The notes beneath the pieces were generated by a model. That model made no database searches. It saw only the letters and a list, made by a program, of their open reading frames with translations, and was not told the origin of the DNA. From Geosiphon pyriformis uo1 (taxonomy: Eukaryota > Fungi > Glomeromycota), in contig JAAOMT010000523.1 in NCBI GenBank assembly GCA_016748015.1, forward strand, positions 742,156 through 806,155: DNA of 64,000 bases, in the 5' to 3' direction. The translations under genes were made by a program, and so were the position numbers. Below are positions 52,385 through 64,000 of the stretch, piece after piece. Positions within the stretch are counted from its first letter, which is position 1; each line of letters starts with the position of its first letter.

Positions 52385-55300
52385 TTTGGTGCTCTTTGTA
52401 AGATATAATCTTATAGAGAATTAGCACCAACAAACACCCATCCAAAACAGTAGCAGAATTCAAAAAAACAGGAACAAACCATTTAGAATTTGCAAAATTC
52501 TTATTCCAACATTATTACACTCATCTCAAATTAACAAATAATAGTTGGCCAACAGAATCAGCTTTCAACTGTTATGTCAATGAAAGAATAATATATCATT
52601 TAGAAGACCAAAGAGATCTAGAATCCGTCTTTAACAATTTTTTCAGTGAACTACTCCAAAGTACCACCCTCTTACAAAACTACTTATTTGCACCCCTAAT
52701 CACAGAAATAAACAGAAAAATTGAAAAATATACCAAGCAAAGATTTTCTATCACTTTTGCTGACAAAAGAAAAAGAAGGTTACAAACACCAACAGAAACA
52801 CCAAAACAAATTCAATTACTTACTTGGAAGAAACAAAAATTTGATTCCCCCACTAATCTATCATATTGCTATATACCCAAAAGTACTATCAATATAATAA
52901 ATGTGGCTACCACAAGTGCAACAACACCACTAAACAGAATTCTGTTTTAAAGTAAACAAAAGAAAGCAGAGTTATTAGGAACATATGGTGATTATTTTGA
53001 AGGATTTAAATCGTGATCCCTAATGCCATCAGGAATTCAATCACTACCACCACAACCAGATTTTGGAGCTGTTAGTTTTTGGGAAATAACCAACTCCAAG
53101 AAAAAGAAAAATAATGATCAAAAAATTAGCAAGCAAAACCCAATCCTAGAAAATTCAAAAATTGAAACTCTGGTTAATCAAACTCCAAAAAATCAAAATG
53201 ATTCAAATCCTAACAATATTACTAAAAAAAAAATTTATCTTTAGTAATCATGATTAATCCATCACCAGCCTCACCAATCAACGAACAGCAATAATAATAG
53301 CCACAACCACCACCCCAGCAGCAATTACAATAACAACCACAACTACAACAACAACAACAACAACTATTATTAGTACTAATGGCATATACATCCATCACCA
53401 AAATTGAGAAATTCACTGACAAAGAGAATGACACCCAAGTATGGCTCAACAACATGAAAAAAGCCATTGCAGCCAATGAATGGAATAATGACAGAGTCTT
53501 TCAAGCAATTTTCTATTTTTTCTAGGATACTGCTAACTCATGATATCAGAGTTTGGTCAACAAACCTTAAGATTTTAATGTATTCAAGCTTGAGTTTTTG
53601 AAATATTTTAGCAACAACAACAGTATTAATTACTTAACCAATACTTTTACCACTATCAAGCAAAAAAAAAATGGAAGCAGTCACTATATATCTAGGACAC
53701 TTCCATAGAAACTTGTGCCAAATACAAGCAATTAATATGAATTACTTTACAGTATCACAAATTCTGAACCAGTTCATCCATGGACTGTGCAGTAGCATCC
53801 TCCAATACATATGTCCAATGCATCCACAAACTTTTCAAGATGCAGTTACCAATACACAGAATTTCAAATCCACAGAACTCAAAGCTAATCATGCTCAAGC
53901 TGTTAATCTAGTAATAAATAGATCATCTAAACTGAATTCCAAATTGAAACAACTTAGTAATTCAATTAATTAAAAATTAGAAGGATACTTAACTGACAAT
54001 CATACAATTTATCAGTCACCTCAACAACACAATAATTCTGAAAACATAAATCACTCCCAAAATCAGGCACATCTTTCATCATCATCCAATCAGCCATAGC
54101 AGCAAGAAACACATAACTGCCACAATTGTGATAAACAAAGCCATTTGAGAATTGACTGCCATTTTTATAATAAAAACTCATAATCGGGAAATTAATATCA
54201 AAATCCCGATTGCAGGTTTCAAACTTCAAATCAATACTCAAATTAAGATTAATATCAACCCACTTATCTGCTCATGATGCAGCAGTCAATTTATCAACAA
54301 CCAGTATATCAACTGCCAATATATTAAATCCCAACACCCATAATCTATTAACCACTACAACCTATCTATCAGTCACAGTCTCAAGTAATCTATCAGCCCC
54401 AACAAATTTCAACACTGCCACCAAACTCAGCTCAGATAACATCAAGAAATTCCTGATCTAAGGTCACTTAAAACTGGAGATTGGCAATAGTTGTTTACCA
54501 ACTAATCTCCAGTTTTTCCAACCAATCATCAAGATTATGTTCTTGGAATTCAGAAACTGGGCACACCCAAAACCCAAATTTCCAACACTATTTAAGTTTT
54601 CTGGTTATCTTAGAAGGTGCCACACCCAATACACTAGAACCCAACCAACAGCAATCACTTATCAGTAACATTTTATTAGCAATCATTACAAATAACAAAT
54701 TTTTAGCAACCATTTTTCCTTTTAAGCTTGAAAAATTTTCAGCAGTTTCATTGTTCAGTAAAGTTACACTAGAAGAAAAACTGATCACTGCCATATACAC
54801 TGATGTAAAAGTTGATGGCCACTTCATCAAACTGATTTTAGACAGTGGATCAGCTGGCAGCATTATTACAAAACAACTCATGAACCAACTAGGTTACTAA
54901 GTTGATTGAGCTGCCAGCACACAAATTATCATGGCTAATGGAGTAATAAAAACTCCAATTGGCAAAATCAATGACTTCCTCATTGAAGTCAATGGTATTA
55001 TTGTATCAATCAAGGTACTAGTCATGAAAGCCACCCAATACTAAATATTTATTGGTAATGACTGGCTGTCCAAAACCAACATAGTACTCAATTGGACTAT
55101 CCAAAAACTCCAGCTAAGCCAGAACAGCCAACATATAAGAGTACCAGCTGCCTATGACCACTTTAAACCAACCACCATGTGATCACTAATCAAGCTGGAA
55201 AAAAAGAAAACTAAACTCACCTAAGAAGCTTATCAAGTTTCCTGGGCCAACAATGATCACAATGAGCTGCTGCCAGTACCTTTGTGGGACAACCAAGGAA

Positions 55301-55410
55301 AAAAAAAGAGAAGAGAAGAATCTACTTAGGACACTGACCAATTATTGTGGACTGATAGCAATCAAAGCAAGTTACCACCAATTTGGACTTGAAAAAAAAA
55401 AAAAAAAGAG

Positions 55411-55446
<36 letters not shown>

Positions 55447-56248
55447 AAAACAAAAATGCACAAAACCCCAACCCTATATATATTCTATATTTGGCACTAC
55501 AACCACAAATCAGTTACTATCAATCCAACTTAGTACACATTGATTGTGACAGGAAACTGTTATCAATGAACACATGTTGTAACGACAATGAGGAATACTC
55601 CACAACAACCAAGTTTTATTGTTACCCATGTGTTCTAGAATGCTTTGAATAACCAAAATGACAAAAAAAATGGGACAACAAACCATGTTTAACTTGTAGC
55701 AAAACACTGTTAGATAAAGAAATATGGAACAACATTTCTGGGTAAGGAAGAACATGTAATAAATTGTGTTAATACATGATTCTAATAAGCAATTGGGTTA
55801 AAAAAGAGACACCAATAGAAGCCATCTGAAGAAGAGCCATACAATGATTAGACAGTTGTCCACACAATAACAATGAAATCTGATGAATAACACTTGTCAA
55901 AATCAAAAAAGCATCACTAGAAAAAATAAAAACTATTAAAAACAACTCACTAGAACCCATAAAACTCAATTAGGGCCCAAACCCAGATATTATCTTAAAG
56001 CCTATAGACCCAGAACAATTTTACGAGCACTACCAAGAATTAGCACTCACTTGAAAAGAACAAAAACAATAATTAAAAGAAATAAACACATAATTATGTG
56101 ACCATTGTTTGATTTCTTGTGACTTTTAATATTGTAATAAGTGTAATATTATTTACAATCCACCACTCTGTATGATCTATACAATCCAGGAAAAGGAAAA
56201 ACCAATCAGCAGCTGCACATCAGAATTGGAATCAACTTTCAATCTTCA

Positions 56249-57125
56249 TATTACTCATAGAAATATAGGAAATATATTAGCATGATTATTAGCCAATCAA
56301 AAGTAGGCATAGTAAATGTGGAATTCCAGAATTTCTTTCAGGAATTGCAGAATTCCAGGAATTTCAGGATTTCCTGACAAGAAATCACAGGATTCCAGAA
56401 TTCCAGGATTCCTTTCAAAGAAATCACAAGATTCCAGGAATTCCAGGATTCCTGTCGTGAAGAATTGAGGAATTGAGGAATCTCAATTATGTATATATAG
56501 CAGCAGGATTAGAAGCTGAAAAGACAGACCTCTTAGTTTAGATTTAATCTAAGCAACTCTTCAAATCACAAGCATCTAATAAATAACTATTTGTTATTTC
56601 AAACCCATTTCCATTATCAACACTTCATGTTGATAGTAATTGATACTTAACTACACTGGAACAATAGTTCTTGATCATGGCTATTGATAGAATACTAACT
56701 TGCAAATCACCTTGGCTTATTTCTTTTCTTTCTTTATTTTATTTTATTTTCATTATTTTCTTGCTTTGATTTTATTGTTGTTTACTAACTCTATTGAAGA
56801 TTAATGCACAGGACACTGGCGTCAGGATAAACATGATTGGTAAAAGACCCAGAAATAAGGGTAGAACACTCGATTGAGGATAACTTATCAGGAGGAATAC
56901 CAACCATTAAGCTGAGAAAGAAATTGACGAAACTGCAGTTTTGGAAAGCTATAGATAAAACTATTACCATTGAATCTCTGTCCATTATACAAAGAATTCA
57001 ACCAAACCCTTCAGATACAAAATTTTTAGATACCAAACCTTCAGACTATTGACAACAAAAATAGCTTTGAGCACCAAGTTACAGGTTTGTATTTAATTCA
57101 ACACCAGAAATTGTCACCTGTAACA
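56249..57125 (+). repeat. Solo LTR of the G2/G3 family inserted in G3
   Basis: TATTACTCATAG...CACCTGTAACA; the flanks rejoin the SELESTFN/DLNSDN coding segment that is uninterrupted in G2 (42331-42522). Confidence 0.92.
56293..56500 (+). promoter_or_regulatory. LTR U3 promoter: CCAAT box, (G)GAATTCC/GATTCC repeat array, TATA box
   Basis: CCAAT at 56293, repeated GGAATTCCAG-type units, TATATATAG at 56492; function inferred from position. Confidence 0.6.
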
Positions 57126-58294
57126 CCGATTTAAACTCTGACAATAACAACAATGAAAACAATGGTTCCAGTTCTATGCAAATTAGCAATAACAACAATA
57201 TTAATTCAAACTCAGATTTAAATCCTGAACAATACATTACACTCCTTGATCTTACCAAAGAGCAAATCCTGAAATAGTTTAGTAATAATAACAAAGACAT
57301 TATGTCTGAATGTGCACATGATACAGATGCAGAGTTTGATCTAAGATATCCAGGAAAAGATGTTATCAAATTGAAACCACATTTATGCATCTGCATTGAT
57401 CTAAAAATAGCCATAGAAATTTCAGTAACAACAATGGTTTAGTTAGCATCTAAAAGTAATTTAGTGAAAAAAAGAATCAACATCAAAGGAGAAATAATTG
57501 ATGCAGGATATGTAGGAAATATCATTGCAATGTTATAAAATAACTTAGAAAAGGCTTACATCATAAAACCAAACAAAAAGATAACACAGGCAATATTTCT
57601 GCCTCTGGTTAAAATAGCTCAATTAGTATCAGTAAAAAACAAAAAAAAATTAGAAATTATAGCTAAAGAGATACAGAGATTTGAATCAACAGATAGAATA
57701 GATGTATTAGTTAATATGGCAAAGGAAAAAATTGTTGACAAAAGAGAAATTATCTCTACTTATCAATCAATTTCTATTCCACCATATGACTAGTACAGTA
57801 AACTCTCTCTATAGTCTCTCTGGTTATAGTTACTATCTTCTTATAATCACATTTTTTTAAAAACCAAAACCATTTATATATAATATTATCTCCTTATAGT
57901 TATTTTTACTATATATATCTCCTTATAGTCTTTATCTCCACAAATATAATAGCAGAATATAAGTAATTTCCACTCTCTATAGTCACACTATAATCATATA
58001 ATATTAGATATGAACATCAGATATTATCTTATATTTAATTGGACATGTAAAATACTTCAGATTATAAAAGATGTCCCAAATATGATTTTAAAATGTTGAT
58101 CCTATTTTGCATTTAAGTATTGCAATAATAAGACTTATATTAATCTATTATTGTTTGCTTTATTCATTAATTTATTATTTTATTGGTATAATTTTAAAAG
58201 TTACAACAAGCAAATTGGTGTAAAATAGCATACTCTGCTTTGCCTTGGTGGCAAATATTAAATAATTGTCTAAGCCACTAAGTAAATTTATTTA

Positions 58295-58670
58295 GCATTG
58301 CTGTAATAATTGCCATAACTATCCAAAGGTAAGTGAAGTAAATTATTATTGTTACATTGATTGTCAAAACTATTCAAAGGTAAATGAATCTGATTATTAT
58401 TGTCATATTGATTGCCATAACCATTTAAAAGTAAGTAAATTTGATTAATATATTTGTGTGAATTGTCATAGCTGTCTAAAGATAAGTGAATTACTATTGT
58501 TGTATTGATTACTAAGACCATCCAAAGATAAGTAAATCTGATTATTATTGTTGCATTGATTGTTGAGGCCATTAAGAGATAAGTAACTGAATTATTATTG
58601 TTGCATTGATTGTTAAGACTATTGGGAAGTAAGCAAACTGAATTATCATTGTTATATTAATTGTTGTGGC
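58295..58670. repeat. ~51-bp tandem array in pogo copy B
   Basis: Reverse complement of 49735-50105. Confidence 0.8.
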
Positions 58671-58731
58671 TGTTTAGAGGTATTTTTTAAAAATGTAAAA
58701 ATCTTGAATTAGATTTTTACTATTCATTCAG

Positions 58732-59465
58732 TTTAAATGCTGGAAACTCTGCAGCAATGGATAAATTAGGAAATTGCTACTTTTATAGCAAAAGTATTAA
58801 TTAGAACATGGGTCAAAGCTGTCAAATTATATCAAAAAACAAGTGATGCAGAAAATTCTGCTACAATGAACAATTTAAGTTATTGCTATCAACATAATGA
58901 AGGTATTAATTAGAACAAAAGTCAAGGAGTTAAATTATATTAAAAGGCTGTTAATGAAAAAAATTCTGAAGCAATAACTTGATTAGATTGTTGCTATCAA
59001 TATGGTAAAAGTGTCAATTAGGACATAGATCAAGTTATCAAATTGTATTAAAAGGCAAGTGATGCAGAGAATTCTAAAGCAATAACTCAATTAGAACATT
59101 GCTATTTTAATGGCAAATGTGTTGATCAGAACATGGATCAAGCTGTCATATTGTATTGAAAGGCAGCTAATGCAAAAGATTTTGGGACAATGAATTAGAT
59201 AGGTTATTGCTACTTTAATAGCAAATGCGTCGATCAGGACACAAGTAAAGTAGTCAAATTTTTTTGAATTGTAGTTGATGCAGAGAATTTTGGTGCAATA
59301 AATTGGTTAGGTTATTGCTATAAGTATGACAAAGACATCAATAGAACAAGAATAAAGTGGTCAAATTATATCAAAAAGTGGTTAATGCAGGGAGTTTTAT
59401 TGCAATATACAATTTAAGTTATTGCTATGAGTGTGGTGGTGTTAATCAAAATAAAAGTAAATTCT
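58732..59465 (+). pseudogene. Sel1-like repeat fragment in copy B
   Basis: AGNSAAMDKLGNCYF..AVKLYQK..ATMNNLSYCYQ..CYFNGKCVDQNMDQAV..AINWLGYCY; preceded by a GT..CAG intron at 58680-58731. Confidence 0.88.
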
Positions 59466-59469
59466 ATAC

Positions 59470-60055
59470 ATTGTTGTTTATTTAAACTCTGAGACTTAAT
59501 TTGTTGGTTAAAATCCCACTTGATTTGACCAAACAAGCTTTCAAGTTGACTACACAAAAAGTTTTTATTTAATGTTGTCTTACTAATAGACAAGGAAAGA
59601 AGGGAGCATGAACTTAACAATACCTCAACTTTACTATTATTGTTGATCTCACTTGAAACCACTTTGATAATTACCTAATTACTCACAGTGATTATTCCAA
59701 ACATCTCAATTTCTTGCAAGGCTATGTTATAAGAATGTTTTTTATTATGTTGCATAAATGTTTTGAAGTTAAATCATATATTGGTTCACATCTTAATTAA
59801 TATTTTCTGCTTTGCCTTTGTAATTACAATTATTATATTATGTACCTTGATTGCCCAATCAACTGGTTTCTTTCCATAGCTTTCAGATATCTTATATTGT
59901 GAATAAACCTTAACTTAGCCATTAAATACTGATACAACACCATAGATAATTGATAAAATAAATTCACAATATGTTGCCTTATTGGCATTAAAAATAGATT
60001 GTGATGCTTTATGTTTCATTATTATGTTTTTAATTAATAAATTCATGAAGCATGT
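59470..60055 (-). pseudogene. Crinkler-type nuclease fragment in copy B
   Basis: Reverse complement of 48350-48930; includes ORF 59414-59662. Confidence 0.62.
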
Positions 60056-60131
60056 CAGTAAGTATTTTTAAAATGGAGAAATAAATTGTCAACCACTTCC
60101 ATTAGCTGTGATGTTTACATGATTGATATAA

Positions 60132-60244
60132 GTGTTGCTGTGTTTGGGAGACTTGACAACATAACATTATGCTATCTTCTATATGATTATGCAAGTATAT
60201 GAAGAATCAAATTGACAGCCTTCATTATTGATTATCAGTTAGGG
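60132..60244 (+). pseudogene. TilS-like exon in copy B
   Basis: VAVFGRLDNITLCYLLYDYASI*RIKLTAFIIDYQL. Confidence 0.68.
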
Positions 60245-60508
60245 ATAAGAGACAAAAAGTGTCACAGATGTATTATTAAAATTAGGTTTTTTTTTACCAA
60301 GAATCTGTTGTTTGCACTTAGAATTCTACAGTTAGATTAAAACCTTTATTTTTATAATTTGGCTGTTTTTTATAATCTAAGGCATCTTATATAACATAAG
60401 ACACCTCACATGTCCAATTAAATATAAGGCAAAATGACGTTTAAGACATAACAGATACATCAATGTATTATAAAAGCAAAATGCAATAAAAAGTGTGTTC
60501 TTATTAAC

Positions 60509-62067
60509 ATGCCAAAAAATGTGAACCAAAAGTGAGCAGCAATCTCTTTAGAGACTAAAAAGGCTCTCTGCCAGTACAAACTAGAGCATTCTGATTACTC
60601 AGCAAATAGACTTATCAAAATATTTAATTTAAAGATTGACTGCTCTACTGTAACAAAGATACTCATGAAATAAGACTGATAAATTGAAAAAAATGTATCT
60701 GGCAACTTTGGTCAATTGACAAAGGACAGGAAAGAAATGTTTTTGAAGATAAATGATGCACTGGGAGAATGAATGCTTGAAGCACTAGCTACCAACTGCA
60801 TTCTTACTGGAAAAATTTTACAAACAAAAGCCTTCAAGTTTGCTGAAAAGTTTCTGGAAGAAAATAACTTTAAAGCATCAGATAGTTGGTTAGAAAAGTT
60901 CAAGAAACATCATAATTTGCGCCATATTAAGATACATGGTAAAGCAAACAATGCCCCCTTGGAAATTTTATCAGAGGAACAAGAGAAACTGCATAAGATT
61001 ATTAGTAAATATAATCTAAATAATGTTTACAATTCCAATAAGACAGCATTATTCTTTAGAATGCTACCAAATACAACTTTGGCAACAAAATCTACCTCTG
61101 GCACCAAGCATGATAAGAGTCGAAATACCATACTTCTTGCTTGTAATACAACAGGCAGCATTAAGTTGCAGCTTTTAATTATCTGCAAAGCTGCAAAACC
61201 ACAATGTTTTCACAATATTAATATGAATGCACTTCTAATTACTTATTGTTACAATACAAAAGCATAGATGCAAACCAATATTTTTAGTGAATAACTTAAT
61301 TCATTAAATGAAAAAATGCATCACAAGAAAAAAAAATTTTGCTATTGCTTGATAATGCTGGTCCCCATGGTAGAAAATCTTCTGTATTATCTAATATTAT
61401 GATTAAATATCTACCATCCAATACAACATCTCATTTGCAACCATTAAATGCAGGAATTATTGCATCTTTTAAGGCACAATACCGAAAGTTGTTTCTTTTC
61501 TATTTTATTAATCAGTATAATGACAAGATTCCAATATTAACAGTAACATTAAAGGATGCAATTGACTTTCTAATTGATATATGGTCAGTAGTAACAACAA
61601 CTACAATCCAAAACTGTTGGCATTATATGGGAATTCTGAATAATAGTCAAATGTCAGCCCATCCATTAGATATTGAACAAAAATTCCTACAAGAAATATA
61701 AGTTTTTATTAAGCACATTGATATTGACAAGCTATTGGCAATAGACTTCATTAATATTGACAAGTTTGAATCATTATTCACTTATGTCTCAGAGTATGAA
61801 ATTGTGGATCTTATTACTAACAAGTATAATAGAAATTCTAATGCAAATAAAGATTTAAAAAGTGAAGATAAAGATGAATATTTGTTTTTACTATCTATAT
61901 ATCAATGTAAAACTACACTTGAAGATACATTGTGCTATTGTGAAAAGCAGTATAGTAAAAAAGTTGATTCAGACTTTTTTAAAACTTTAAGAACATTAAT
62001 TTGTAATACTGTTTTCAAAGTTCAAGAAAAAAAAAAACAGTTGCAAATAGATAGCTTTTTTAAATAA
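60509..62067 (+). pseudogene. CENP-B/Tigger-like DDE transposase of copy B
   Basis: ORFs 60773-61267, 61339-61701 and 61735-62067: FKASDSWLEKFK, VYNSNKTALFF, LLLDNAGPH, LPSNTTSHLQPLNAG, KKQLQIDSFFK. Confidence 0.93.
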
Positions 62068-63320
62068 AAAATATATAATTGGTTATTATATTATACATGT
62101 AATATATAAATCATGTAATAAAATATTAATCATTTTTTATAGTTACTACAAATGTGCTGACCAAAAGTAGTAATTATAAAAAGAGTTCATTGTACATGAT
62201 AACCATAGAAAGAAAAGTAAAAAATCAGGTTCAGATTTTTGAGGCCAAAGCAACACTTTGTAAATCAGAAAAAATCAGATTAGTCAATCTATACATACCA
62301 GCCAAGAATTACAGTAACATTAAAATTTCCATTTACAACAACACGGAAAATGTTATCAAAATATCAAAAAGAAACACTATTGAATACTTAACTATTAAAA
62401 TCAAAAACCAACTGCCAAACACCATTCCAGATTTTTCACAACTGTGCAAATACATAAACATCACATTTCAAACAATATACAGATGAGAAAAATGTTATTT
62501 GCTCTAACCAAAACAATTGGAACAGATAAATTTGGGAAATCTAGACCCACTACAATATATGCAATTTAAGATGTTACTTAACAACTTTAAAAACATTTTT
62601 GCAAGTAAAAATGAATTTGGAAGAACTAACATAATCCAGCATCAAATTAAGACTGAAGATGCAATGCCAATTAAACAAAGAGCATACAAAGTACCACTAG
62701 CCAGCCATAAGATCATTCATCAAGAAATCAATCGGATGCTTAACAACAGACTAATTCAGTCATCAATGAGCTCATGGTCATCACCAGTGGTACTAGTCCA
62801 TAAGAAAAATGGGAAAATCCACTTTTGTGTGAATTACTGGAAACTGAATAGAGTAACCAAAAAAGATAGCTATTCAACTTCAAAAATCCAAGAACTGTTT
62901 GATGTTTTTGGAGGAAAGAAATAGTTCTCGACTTTAGACTTAGATAGCAGTTACTGGCAAGTAGCCATGAAACCAAAAGACAAAGAAAAAAGGGCTTTTA
63001 CAATTCGAAAAGGAAACTTTAAATTCAAAGTGATACTATTTGGCTTAATAAATGCTTCCACCATATTTTAATGGCTTATAGAAATTGTCTATACTAGACT
63101 GCTATAGAAATCAGTAGTCATATATCTGAATGATACCAATGTGTTCTCAAACACATTTGATGATCACTTATATCATCTCCAACAAGTATTTGAAAGACTA
63201 AGAAGAGCCAGATTGAAGCTAAATACAACTAAGTGTTTCTTTGGAAAAACTGAACTCAAATTTTTGGAACATGTTATAAGCAAAGACAGAATCAAAACAA
63301 ATTCAGACAAAATTGAGATA

Positions 63321-64000
63321 CAGTAAACTCTCTTTATAATCACACCTTTTGGTTAGCACATTTGTGGTAACTATAGAGAGATGGGACTATAAAAAATGAT
63401 TAATATTTTATTACATGATTTATATATTACATGTATAATATAATAACCAATTATATATATTTTATTTAAAAAAGCTATCTATTTGCAACTGTTTTTTCTT
63501 TTTTTAAACTTTGAGAACAGTATTACAAATTAATATTCTCAAAGTTTTAAAAAAGTCTGAATTAACTTTTTTACTATACTGCTTTTTACAATAGCACAAT
63601 GTATCTTCAAGTGCAATTTTACCTTAATGTATAAATAGCAAAGATAAAAGTTTATCTTTATTTTTACTTTCTAAATCTTCATTTGCATTAGAATTTCTAT
63701 TATACTTGTTGTTAATAAGATTCACAATTTCATCCTCTGAGGCATAAGTAAATAATAGTTCAAACTTGTCAATATTAATAAAGTTTATTGTCAATAGCTT
63801 ATCAATATCAATGTGCTCAATAAGAACTTGTACTTTTTATAGAAATTTTTGTTCAATATCTAATAGATGGGCTGGCATTTAACTATTATTCAGAATTCCC
63901 ATATAACGCCAACAGTTTTGGATTGTAGTTGTTGTTACTACTGACCATGTATCAATTAGAAAGTCAACTGCATCCTTTAATGTTACTGTTAATATTGAAA
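63321..64000 (-). mobile_element. pogo/Tigger copy C (3' TIR and transposase C-terminus; continues beyond the window)
   Basis: TA|CAGTAAACTCTCTTTATAATCAC inside the G3 RT; closely matches 36158 onward. Confidence 0.92.

Larger units (their letters stand above)
57796..62192 (+). mobile_element. pogo/Tigger DNA transposon copy B (4.4 kb, uninterrupted, with cargo)
   Basis: TA|CAGTAAACTCTC at 57796 and AGAGTTCATTG|TA at 62192; removing it restores the Gypsy sequence PYD(Q)YMITIERKVKNQ, so TA is duplicated. Confidence 0.95.
51506..63320 (+). mobile_element. Ty3/Gypsy element with dUTPase (G3), interrupted by a solo LTR and pogo copies B and C
   Basis: LTR, PBS TGGTGCTCT at 52387, gag (~52400-54200), LILDSGSAG protease (~54800-55100), Cys-rich region, dUTPase (57302-57700), RT (62517-63320). 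Confidence 0.92.

Noticed and set aside
55391-55455. Poly-A tract as a retrocopy tail
   Set aside because: It corresponds to the purine-rich (Lys/Glu-type) segment at ~43285-43320 in G2, with collinear flanks.

Overview
Eukaryotic, intron-containing fungal DNA. Gene content and repeat families suggest Mucoromycota/Glomeromycotina; the repeats resemble Geosiphon-type elements from memory, unverified. A CpG-retaining gene island (~12.6-27.2 kb) holds ARPC2, a Myb/SANT+MPN MYSM1-like gene, POLD2/POL31, an RsmB/NOP2/NSUN-type methyltransferase and ARF1. It lies between two blocks of decayed, CpG-depleted transposons. Left block: a dUTPase-bearing Ty3/Gypsy element and a truncated LINE. Right block: hyper-AT 'ghost' LINE relics, an ORF1-only LINE derivative, two more dUTPase Gypsy elements, a solo LTR, and three copies of a ~4.4 kb pogo/Tigger DNA transposon, reciprocally nested with the Gypsy elements. 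The most notable structure is this pogo element. Between its 5' TIR and the transposase it carries a ~2.4 kb cassette bounded by its own 21-bp inverted repeats. The cassette holds captured genomic pieces of a Sel1-repeat gene, a Crinkler-type nuclease domain and a TilS-like exon, plus a 51-bp array. It moved with the transposon, as shown by TA target duplications in two copies. Other highlights: a swapped U3 repeat block between LTRs of one family, an extra Cys-rich domain and an extra 3' ORF in the Gypsy elements, an inverted-repeat-flanked spliced mini-gene, and pervasive C>T/G>A decay of repeats. Coordinates were counted by hand; domain boundaries inside decayed elements are approximate.
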